NCBI GenBank assembly: GCA_038208905.1
Contig: JBBQYG010000144.1
Location: forward strand, 1 to 10,772
DNA length: 10,772 nt
DNA from: Candidatus Sumerlaeia bacterium
Lineage (GTDB): Bacteria; Sumerlaeota; Sumerlaeia; SLMS01
Direction: 5' to 3'
The position numbers were made by a program, and so were the translations under genes. Below the pieces are notes generated by a model. That model ran no database searches. It saw only the letters and a program-made list of their open reading frames with translations, and was not told where the DNA came from. Shown here in pieces: positions 1 to 7,142 of the stretch (position 1 is the first letter of the stretch; every line of letters begins with the position of its first letter).

Positions 1-177
1 AAGCGAAAAAGGGGGGAATTGAAGCCAGCGCGACGCGCGGGGAGGACGGCGGTCGCCCGGGCGGCGGTGCCCCCCGGCGCAATCCCCGTGGCCTGAATCA
101 ATTTGCCGCATGGCGCACCCGCAACCAGCGCTGCTGCCCCAACATCCGGACATCCAAACTCCAGAATTCGAAAACAG

Positions 178-206
178 TTGCCGTGCCTGTGCCTGCGGTC
201 CAACAT
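178..206 (+). promoter_or_regulatory. Possible sigma70-type promoter for nrfHA
   Basis: TTGCCG (178-183), 17-nt spacer, CAACAT (201-206); the -10 match is weak. Confidence 0.25.
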
Positions 207-214
207 TTGCATTG

Positions 215-703
215 ATGAAGCGCGCGGCCCAGATATCCCGGGTGGTTTTTGTTCTCGTCCTGCTCGCCGGGATCGGGTTTGGCATGACGGTGGGCGTTGG
301 CGGGTACACGTTTATTTATGCCCGGGGGTATTCCTACCTGGGCAGCGACCCCACCGCCTGCATGAACTGCCACATCATGAAGGAGCAGTTCGACGGCTGG
401 ACCAAGGCCAGCCATCGCAACGTGGCCACGTGCAACGATTGTCACGCGCCCCACAACCTGGTGGGGAAGTACGCCACCAAGGCCGTGAACGGGTTCAACC
501 ACTCTCTGGCGTTCACCACCGGCAACTTCCCGGAGCCGATCCGCATCACCAAGTTCAACCTTGAGATCACCGAGAACGCCTGTCGCCACTGCCACGCGGA
601 GATCGTGGAGGCCATCGAGCCCCACGTGCCCAAGGGCGTGGAGTGGCAGTCGCTGCTCTGCACCCAGTGCCACCCAAGCGTTGGCCATCTTCACATGGAC
701 TGA
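215..703 (+). CDS. nrfH: Cytochrome c nitrite reductase small subunit (NapC/NirT-family tetraheme quinol dehydrogenase)
   Basis: N-terminal hydrophobic helix, GYSYLGSDPTACMNCHIM, four CxxCH motifs (CMNCH, CNDCH, CRHCH, CTQCH), C-terminal CHxxVGH; lies 9 nt upstream of nrfA. Start moved from 110 to ATG 215 (TTG 212 possible) because the upstream part does not resemble the family. Confidence 0.93.
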   Translation: MKRAAQISRVVFVLVLLAGIGFGMTVGVGGYTFIYARGYSYLGSDPTACMNCHIMKEQFDGWTKASHRNVATCNDCHAPHNLVGKYATKAVNGFNHSLAFTTGNFPEPIRITKFNLEITENACRHCHAEIVEAIEPHVPKGVEWQSLLCTQCHPSVGHLHMD

Positions 704-712
704 GGGACTGTC

Positions 713-2119
713 ATGGCTGAAAAGACCGAGTGGACCAAGTGGCGCATCCTTCGCCTGTTCCTTGCCGCGAGCGTTCTGGGCACCGCCGTGGCGATTGGCG
801 GGCTGGCGTTGCTGGTGAATATCTTCGAGCACAAGCAGGACCAGAAGACCCCCTTCTTCCAAGTGGTCGCGCTGGACGATACCATCACCGACCCGGCCGA
901 GTGGGGGAAGAATTTCCCCATGCATTATGAAGCCTATCAGCAGACGGTGGACATGGTGCGGACGCGGCACGGCGGCAGCGAGGCCATGCCGCGCACGCCC
1001 ACCGACGCCGATCCGCGCTCCGTCGTCGCCCAGCAGAAACTGGAGGAGGACCCGCGTCTGGTCAAGATGTGGGCCGGATACGCATTCTCAGAGGACTTCC
1101 GCGAGGAACGCGGCCACGCCTACATGCTGGAGGACCAACTCTACACCTCGCGCCAGCAGGCCGCCAAGCAACCCGGCGCCTGCATCAACTGCCACGCCTC
1201 CACCTACACCGCGATGAAGGAACTTGGGGCGGGCGACCTGCGCGCGGGGTTCGAGAAGATCAACGCCATGCCCTATCAGGAGGCCGTGTCCCACGTCACC
1301 CACCCCATCTCCTGCATCGACTGCCACAAGCCCGACACCATGGAACTCCGCGTCACGCGCCCCGCCTTCATCGAGGGCATCGCCAAGGTCAAGGCCGCCC
1401 AGGGCATCCCCAACTATGACGTGAACACGATGGCCACCCGCCAGGAAATGCGGACGTATTCCTGTGCCCAATGCCACGTTGAATACTACTTCAAGGGGAC
1501 TGACAAGCAGTTGACTTTCCCCTGGGACAAGGGCCTGAAGGCCGACGAGATCCTGGCCTACTACGACGAGATCGGCTTCAAGGACTGGACCCACAAGGAA
1601 ACCGGCGCCGCCGCCCTCAAGGCCCAGCACCCCGAATTCGAAACCTGGAGCCAGGGCATCCACGCCCGCAGCGGCGTCTCCTGCGCCGACTGCCACATGC
1701 CCTATCAGCGCGTTGGCGCCATGAAGATCACCAACCACCACATCCAGAGCCCCATGCTCAACATCAACGCCGCGTGCCAGGTGTGTCACCGCATCCCCGA
1801 GGAAGAACTCCGCAACCGCGTTGAGACGATCCAAGGGCGCCACATCGAAATGCGCGACATGGCCATGGACTCACTCATGGACCTGATCGACGGCATCAAG
1901 TCCGCCAAGGATTCCGGCGCCTCCGAGGACGAAATGGCCGACGCCCTCCTGGCCCAGCGGCGCGCCCAGTTCCTGCTCGACTTCGCCGAGGCCGAGAACT
2001 CCACCGGATTCCACGCCGACCAGGAAGGCGCCCGCGTGCTGGCCAAATCGCTCGACCACTCGCGCAAGGGCTGGATGTCGATCTCGGAAGTGTGGAGGAA
2101 GAAGAGCGGGGAGGAGTAG
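713..2119 (+). CDS. nrfA: Ammonia-forming pentaheme cytochrome c nitrite reductase, catalytic subunit (CxxCH-type heme 1)
   Basis: N-terminal membrane anchor/signal; WAGYAFSEDFREERGHAY; five heme motifs CINCH, CIDCH, CAQCHVEYYF, CADCHMP, CQVCH; KAQHPEFE; AENSTGFH. GAGGGA RBS overlaps the nrfH stop. Confidence 0.96.
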   Translation: MAEKTEWTKWRILRLFLAASVLGTAVAIGGLALLVNIFEHKQDQKTPFFQVVALDDTITDPAEWGKNFPMHYEAYQQTVDMVRTRHGGSEAMPRTPTDADPRSVVAQQKLEEDPRLVKMWAGYAFSEDFREERGHAYMLEDQLYTSRQQAAKQPGACINCHASTYTAMKELGAGDLRAGFEKINAMPYQEAVSHVTHPISCIDCHKPDTMELRVTRPAFIEGIAKVKAAQGIPNYDVNTMATRQEMRTYSCAQCHVEYYFKGTDKQLTFPWDKGLKADEILAYYDEIGFKDWTHKETGAAALKAQHPEFETWSQGIHARSGVSCADCHMPYQRVGAMKITNHHIQSPMLNINAACQVCHRIPEEELRNRVETIQGRHIEMRDMAMDSLMDLIDGIKSAKDSGASEDEMADALLAQRRAQFLLDFAEAENSTGFHADQEGARVLAKSLDHSRKGWMSISEVWRKKSGEE

Positions 2120-2242
2120 CCCTCACCCCGCGCCCAGGAACTCCAAGATTCGCTGCATGCTTTGAGGCATGCGGAGGGAAGCCGGAAATGACATTGGTCT
2201 GAAGCGGTTTCAGCCGGGCCACCAAGGCGAGTAAACGCGGCG

Positions 2243-2266
2243 CAGGAGCGGGTCGATCCGCTCTTG
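2243..2266 (+). terminator. Stem-loop downstream of nrfA, possible terminator
   Basis: CAGGAGCGGG-TCGA-TCCGCTCTTG, a 10-bp stem with two G:U pairs on the + strand, between convergent genes; no good U-tract. Confidence 0.35.
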
Positions 2267-2322
2267 ACCAGTAGCGACTTCCATTTTGTCCATACGGTCG
2301 GCTGCGGAAAAACCAACCGGCC

Positions 2323-3600
2323 TTACAGCATCATCAACGCGGGGTTTTCAAGCGAGCGCTTGAGGTCGCCCAGATACTGGGCCCCCACGGCTCCGTCGAT
2401 CACGCGGTGGTCGCAGCTCATGGTGAGGGTGAAGACCTTGCCCGGGACGACGGCGCCCTTCTCCACAACGGGGCGGTCTTCCATGGCGCCCACGGCGAGG
2501 ATGCTGGACTCGGGCGGGTTGATAATGGCGGCAAACTGGTGGATGCCAAACATGCCGAGGTTGCTGAGCGTCTGGACGCCGCCGCTCATGTCCTCCATCG
2601 TCAGCTTGCGGTCGCGGGCGCGCTTGGCCAAGTCGCGAAGCTCGGAGGAAAGCTGCATCACGCCCTTGGTGTGGGCGTCGCGGATCACCGGGGTGACCAG
2701 GCCGTCCTCGATGGCGACGGCGACGGTGATGTGGGCGGAGGGAAGCACGCGCATCGTGTTGCCGGCCCACTGGCTGCGGATCGCGCGGTGGCGCATGGCG
2801 GCGGAGGCCATGGCCTTGATGAGGAAATGCGTCACCGTCACCTTGGCGTCGGCGTCGAGTTCCTTGATCTGGGCGACGGCTTCCAGCAGGCGCTCGCCGC
2901 GGACCTCGACGGTAAGCTGAAAGTGCGGAACGGTGGTCTTGGATTCGATCAGGCGGCGGGCGATGGTCTGGCGCATGCCGCTGACGGGGAGTTCCTCGAC
3001 TTCGCCGCTGACGACCCATGACGGCGATGAGGCGGCGGCGCGGGGCGCGGCGAGGGCTGCCTCGATGTCGCTCTTGACGATGCGGCCAGAGGGGCCCGAT
3101 CCGGCGAGGTCGCTCAATTCAATCCCGGCGTCCTGGGCCATCTTGCGCGCCAGCGGCGACGCGGCGACGCGGCCACCGGAGGCGCCGTTGGCGGCCTTGG
3201 CGGCGGGCGATGCGGCGGGGGGCGGAGCGACGGGCTTTGCCGCAGGCGCAGCAGCAGGAGCCGGTGCGGGCTTCGCGGCGGCGGGGGCCTCCTTCTTGGC
3301 GGGCTCCGGCTCCGGCGCGGCGGGCGCGCTCGCGGAGGCGAGAATCGAGGCGATGTCCTCGCCCTTCTCACCCGTCACCATCATCAGGGAGCCCACCGGC
3401 ATGCGGGCGCCTGCATTCACCAGGATCTTCAGGACGGTCCCGTCCTCGAAGCTCTCCTGTTCCATCACGGCCTTGTCGGTCTCGATCTCGGCGATGGCTT
3501 GGCCGCTGGTCACGGCGTCGCCCTCCTTCACGAGCCACTTGACGAGTGTTCCCTCCGTCATGGTGGGAGAGAGCTGGAGGAGGTTTACCGCTGAGGCCAT
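2323..3600 (-). CDS. pdhC: Pyruvate dehydrogenase E2, dihydrolipoamide acetyltransferase (single lipoyl domain)
   Basis: Lipoyl domain LSPTMTEG...EIETDKA, Ala/Pro linker, peripheral subunit-binding domain ASPLARKMA...GSGPSGRIVKSDI, catalytic SNLGMFG and DHRVIDG. Start set to ATG 3600 (upstream AAGGA); the ORF extension to 3846 overlaps pdhB. Confidence 0.95.
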   Translation of the reverse strand: MASAVNLLQLSPTMTEGTLVKWLVKEGDAVTSGQAIAEIETDKAVMEQESFEDGTVLKILVNAGARMPVGSLMMVTGEKGEDIASILASASAPAAPEPEPAKKEAPAAAKPAPAPAAAPAAKPVAPPPAASPAAKAANGASGGRVAASPLARKMAQDAGIELSDLAGSGPSGRIVKSDIEAALAAPRAAASSPSWVVSGEVEELPVSGMRQTIARRLIESKTTVPHFQLTVEVRGERLLEAVAQIKELDADAKVTVTHFLIKAMASAAMRHRAIRSQWAGNTMRVLPSAHITVAVAIEDGLVTPVIRDAHTKGVMQLSSELRDLAKRARDRKLTMEDMSGGVQTLSNLGMFGIHQFAAIINPPESSILAVGAMEDRPVVEKGAVVPGKVFTLTMSCDHRVIDGAVGAQYLGDLKRSLENPALMML

Positions 3601-3667
3601 GAGGAATGCTGTCCTTTTGGAATCGACTGGAGGCTGGGCTGGGTGCCGGGGTGCTGCCGTGAGGCGA

Positions 3668-4657
3668 CTACCGCTTGTAGCAGACCTTCTTGACGGCCTC
3701 GACCACATCCTCGGGGCTGGGGATGATCTCGTCCTCCAGGTTGCGGGCATAGGGCATCGGCACGTCCAGGTGGCTGAGGCGCTCGATGGGGGCGTCCAGC
3801 AGGTCGAAGCCCTTGGCATAGACCTGCTCGCAGATCCACGCGCCAACGCTGGCCTGGGGCCAGGACTCCTCGACGAGGACCATGCGGTGGGTCTTCGCCA
3901 CCGACTTCAGGATCGCGTCGAGATCGAGCGGGCGGAGCGTGCGCGGGTCGATGACCTCCACGCTGATCCCCTCCTCGCCCTCAAGGCGCTCGAGCGCGGG
4001 CTTCACGGCGTGGGTCCACATGCGGCCATAGGTCACGATGGTCACGTCGGTTCCCGCGTGCTTCACGTGGGCCTTGCCGATGGGCAGGACGTAGTCCTCG
4101 TCCTCGGGCACCTCGTCCTTGTAGTTGTAGAGCTTCTCGCTCTCCATGAACACCACCGGGTCGGGGTCGCGGATGGCGGCCTTCAGAAGGCCCTTCGCGT
4201 CGCCCGGCGTGGAGGGCATGATCACCTTGAGGCCGGGGATGTGGACATACTGCTGCTCAAGAGCCTGGCTGTGCTGGGCGGCCAGCGAGCCGCCGGCGCC
4301 GTTGGGCCCGCGCAGCACCATGGGGCAGGAGAACTGGCCGCCCGACATGTAGCGCAGCTTGGCCGCGTTGTTCACCATCTGGTCGAGCGACAGGATCGCG
4401 AAGTTGAACGTCATCACCTCGATCACGGGGCGCATGCCCACGTTGGCGGCGCCGATGCCAAGGCCCACGAAGCTGTTCTCGGTGATCGGGGAATCGATCA
4501 CGCGATGCTCGCCGAACTTGTCCATGAGGCCCTGTGAAACCTTATAGGCGCCGTGGTACTGGCCCACTTCCTCGCCCATCAGGAAAACCTGGTCATCGCG
4601 CTCCATCTCCTCCATGAGGGCCTGGTTCAGCGCTTCCCGGAACGTGATCACTGCCAT
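3668..4657 (-). CDS. pdhB: Pyruvate dehydrogenase E1 beta subunit
   Basis: REALNQAL, GEEVGQYHGAYKVSQGL, DSPITE, MTFNF, AAQHSQ, RTLRPLD, DVPMPYA; lies between E1 alpha and E2. Confidence 0.96.
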   Translation of the reverse strand: MAVITFREALNQALMEEMERDDQVFLMGEEVGQYHGAYKVSQGLMDKFGEHRVIDSPITENSFVGLGIGAANVGMRPVIEVMTFNFAILSLDQMVNNAAKLRYMSGGQFSCPMVLRGPNGAGGSLAAQHSQALEQQYVHIPGLKVIMPSTPGDAKGLLKAAIRDPDPVVFMESEKLYNYKDEVPEDEDYVLPIGKAHVKHAGTDVTIVTYGRMWTHAVKPALERLEGEEGISVEVIDPRTLRPLDLDAILKSVAKTHRMVLVEESWPQASVGAWICEQVYAKGFDLLDAPIERLSHLDVPMPYARNLEDEIIPSPEDVVEAVKKVCYKR

Positions 4658-4714
4658 GTGTTTCTAGCCTCTTCGAGGATCGTGGGTTGAGTGGGTTGCG
4701 TGGACGCGCGGCGC

Positions 4715-5794
4715 CTACTTGAACTTGGCGTAGTCGAAGGCGTACTTGTTGGGATTCACCTCGGGCCCGGGATAGCCGGGATAGTCCGCATAGACGTGGG
4801 TCCAGATTTCGGACTGCTCGGGGAACGGGGCGTCCTTGGCGAACTGGATCGCGTCCTCGACTTCGGCCTTAATCTCTTTGTCCAGGTTCTTGACGTAGTC
4901 CTCGGGGAACAGATCGGGGAACTGGCCGCGAAGGCGCTCGATGGGGTCCTTCATCTGCCACTCGGAAACCTCGTCCTTGGTGCGATAGGTCGTCGCCGGA
5001 TCGGACATCGAGTGGCCGCGATAGCGGTAGCAAACCATCTCGAGGAAGACCGGGCCGCCGCCGGAGCGGGCCCGCTCGAGAGCCTTCTTGGACGCCTCGT
5101 AGACTTCCAGGGCATCCATGCCATTTACTCGAATGCCGGGGATTCGATAGGCCCCCTCGGTGCGCTTGTAGAGTTCCGGCTCGGCGCACGCGCGGGAGAC
5201 CGCGGTCCCCATGCCATAGATGTTGTTCTCGGCGATATAGACGGCGGGGAGCTTCCATAGGCCGGCCATGTTGAGGGATTCGTGAAACGTCCCCTGATTC
5301 ACCGCCGCGTCGCCCATGTAGCAGATCGCCACGGCGCCCTCCTTGCGGTACTTGCTGGCAAACGCGGCCCCAGTGGCCAGCGGGATATGCCCGCCCACGA
5401 TGCCGTTGCCGCCCATGTAGTGCTGCTTGCCGTTGTAGAAGTGCATGGAGCCGCCCTTGCCCTTGGAGCTCCCGTCGGCCTTCATGAACAGCTCCGCCAT
5501 GATCTCCTTGGGGGGGATGCCGAACACCAGCGCGTGGCCGTGGTTGCGGTAGGTGGTAAAGACGTAGTCCTTGCCGATTTCCTGGGCGTGGGTTACGCCG
5601 ATCAGGACGGCCTCCTGGCCGATGTACAGGTGGCAGAAGCCCGAGAAGCTCTTGAGCTGGTACTGCTGACCCACCTTCTCCTCGAAGCGGCGGATCATCA
5701 GCATCTGCCGATGCATCTCTTTCAGCTTTTCCTCTGGTAGCGGCAGTTCCGCCGTCCGGGAGCTTCGCTTGGCACTTTCCTTGGTCGATGACAT
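4715..5794 (-). CDS. pdhA: Pyruvate dehydrogenase E1 alpha subunit
   Basis: GFCHLYIGQEA, GKGGSMH, GGNGIVG, ThDP motif GDAAVNQG...ENN, RYRGHSMSDP. Start set to ATG 5794 with purine-rich GGAAGG upstream. Confidence 0.96.
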   Translation of the reverse strand: MSSTKESAKRSSRTAELPLPEEKLKEMHRQMLMIRRFEEKVGQQYQLKSFSGFCHLYIGQEAVLIGVTHAQEIGKDYVFTTYRNHGHALVFGIPPKEIMAELFMKADGSSKGKGGSMHFYNGKQHYMGGNGIVGGHIPLATGAAFASKYRKEGAVAICYMGDAAVNQGTFHESLNMAGLWKLPAVYIAENNIYGMGTAVSRACAEPELYKRTEGAYRIPGIRVNGMDALEVYEASKKALERARSGGGPVFLEMVCYRYRGHSMSDPATTYRTKDEVSEWQMKDPIERLRGQFPDLFPEDYVKNLDKEIKAEVEDAIQFAKDAPFPEQSEIWTHVYADYPGYPGPEVNPNKYAFDYAKFK

Positions 5795-5896
5795 GGAAAT
5801 CCTTCCGCCTGAAAGAGAGTAGGAGAACCGCGCCGGGGGGATATTCTTGGCTGACCAAACAATGCGCCCGAAAACGGCCCCATCCGCAGCGCGGGG

Positions 5897-5925
5897 AAAG
5901 TAGGAGGCGGGGCCGCCGAACGCAA
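5897..5925 (-). promoter_or_regulatory. Putative sigma70 promoter for pdhABC
   Basis: On the - strand: TTGCGT, exactly 17 nt, TACTTT; about 100 nt upstream of the pdhA ATG. Confidence 0.5.
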
Positions 5926-5978
5926 GCCAATGTGTGATCGGTTGGAGCGTCGAGGGGATACGGGCAGCCAACTAGCCC

Positions 5979-6503
5979 CTATCGCTCCATGATCGGCAGG
6001 TATGCCCGCCACGGGCCCACCGCGCCGCGGTATTGCTTGGCCATGACGCGGGCCGCCTGGGCGATGTGCCCCAGGTCGTGGGCCACCCAGGTGGCAAGAA
6101 GCTGACGCAGCGTGACCCGCCCGAAGGCCGGATGCTCGCCCTCCAGCGCCAAGTGGTCCGCGTCCAAGCGCCATTCGGCAAGCGTGGCGAGGTTCCCGGC
6201 GCGGAGGACCTCGAACTCCGACAGCAAGTCGGCCATCGACTTCCCCTCGCTTTCGCGGAACTGGGCGAAGCGGTCGTATGGCTCGAAGCGCAGGACCGCC
6301 CCCTGGGCGAGGATGATGCGGGCGCGGGGAATCCAGTCGGTGCGCTCTCCGTGGTTCAGGTGGCCGAGGATGTCATAGGGGCTCCATGAGTCGGGGCCCT
6401 CCGTCGCATCCGTCCACACGGGGGATAGTCCCCCGAGCATCGCACGGAGGGTGGCGGGCGTGCGCGCGAGGATGGAAATGCCGTCTGCTAGAACGAAATC
6501 CAT
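5979..6503 (-). CDS. DinB/YfiT-superfamily protein (putative metal-dependent thiol transferase/hydrolase)
   Basis: L-x-RTP-x-x-L, WSPYDILGHL and WVAHDLGHIAQ give the three-His metal triad; HPAFGRVTLRQLL; 174 aa. Confidence 0.88.
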   Translation of the reverse strand: MDFVLADGISILARTPATLRAMLGGLSPVWTDATEGPDSWSPYDILGHLNHGERTDWIPRARIILAQGAVLRFEPYDRFAQFRESEGKSMADLLSEFEVLRAGNLATLAEWRLDADHLALEGEHPAFGRVTLRQLLATWVAHDLGHIAQAARVMAKQYRGAVGPWRAYLPIMER

Positions 6504-6563
6504 GGCGTGGGAGTTCCTTCGACATGATGAGGCGCTTGACTGCGACGCCGCTGCCGGGGCGCG

Positions 6564-7001
6564 TCAGATCACCAGCCGCTTCTCCACCGTGAAGAAGTTG
6601 TTGTCGGTCTCCTGGATCTCCACGGCGACCTGGTACTCGACGCCGTGGCCGGAGAACTTCTCGGCGATGTGCTTGGCAATCTCGCCCATGATGTGGCGGG
6701 CGACGTTCTCGACGGAGGGGCCCTTGCCCTCGATGCGATAGACGCCTTGCTGATCGAAGAGCGCAGGGTCCAGAAAGGTGGGGTCGGAATCGGTCACGAT
6801 GATCTTGTGGTCCATGTCGCGCATGATGCGCTTGAGGCGGCCGAAATCGAGGGAGACGTCGCAGGCGTCGCGCGGGAATTCCTCGGTCGCGATGGTGATC
6901 TTGCCGCGCCACGTGTGGCCGTGGACGTGGACGCAGTGACCCCCGAAGTCCAACTGGCGGTGCGCCGTGTGGAAGTGGGCGGTTACGACGAGTTTCTCCA
7001 T
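6564..7001 (-). CDS. queD: 6-carboxytetrahydropterin synthase / 6-pyruvoyl-tetrahydropterin synthase family (QueD-like)
   Basis: FHTAHR, CxxxHGH (CVHVHGH), LDFGRLK, MDH, PSVEN and terminal ET motifs of the PTPS T-fold family. Confidence 0.8.
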   Translation of the reverse strand: MEKLVVTAHFHTAHRQLDFGGHCVHVHGHTWRGKITIATEEFPRDACDVSLDFGRLKRIMRDMDHKIIVTDSDPTFLDPALFDQQGVYRIEGKGPSVENVARHIMGEIAKHIAEKFSGHGVEYQVAVEIQETDNNFFTVEKRLVI

Positions 7002-7068
7002 ATTGTCACTGCCCTGCGTTGATTTTGCGGGAGGGGATTACCCTTGCCCGGCCCGGGGAAAACCCTGA

Positions 7069-7093
7069 TATTGCATACAGCTATTGCAACAGC
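7069..7093. promoter_or_regulatory. Candidate transcription-factor site between divergent queD and ispD
   Basis: TTGCA-N9-TGCAA dyad (7071-7089) that is also a near-tandem repeat (TATTGCATACAGC / TATTGCAACAGC); overlaps a possible TTGCCC-17-GATATT promoter (7044-7072). Confidence 0.35.
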
Positions 7094-7142
7094 GGCTGCG
7101 CCGCCGCAGCCACCGAACGGGAATTCAACACAGCGTCCACCC

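Noticed and set aside
98..1843. Antisense and alternate-frame ORFs over nrfHA
   Set aside because: They overlap clear cytochrome genes and show Arg/Pro/Gly-rich off-frame composition.
3160..3340. Repetitive GC-rich DNA in pdhC
   Set aside because: Encodes the ordinary Ala/Pro/Lys flexible linker of E2.
3601..3846. N-terminal extension of the PdhC ORF suggesting overlap or frameshift fusion with pdhB
   Set aside because: Off-frame read of the pdhB 3' end; PdhC has its own RBS and ATG at 3600.
2933..4537. 534-aa + strand ORF antisense to pdhC/pdhB
   Set aside because: Shadow ORF over two well-supported genes; low-complexity translation.
7069..7089. Sigma54 promoter reading of TTGCATA...TTGC
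   Set aside because: Lacks the -24 GG and the spacing is wrong.
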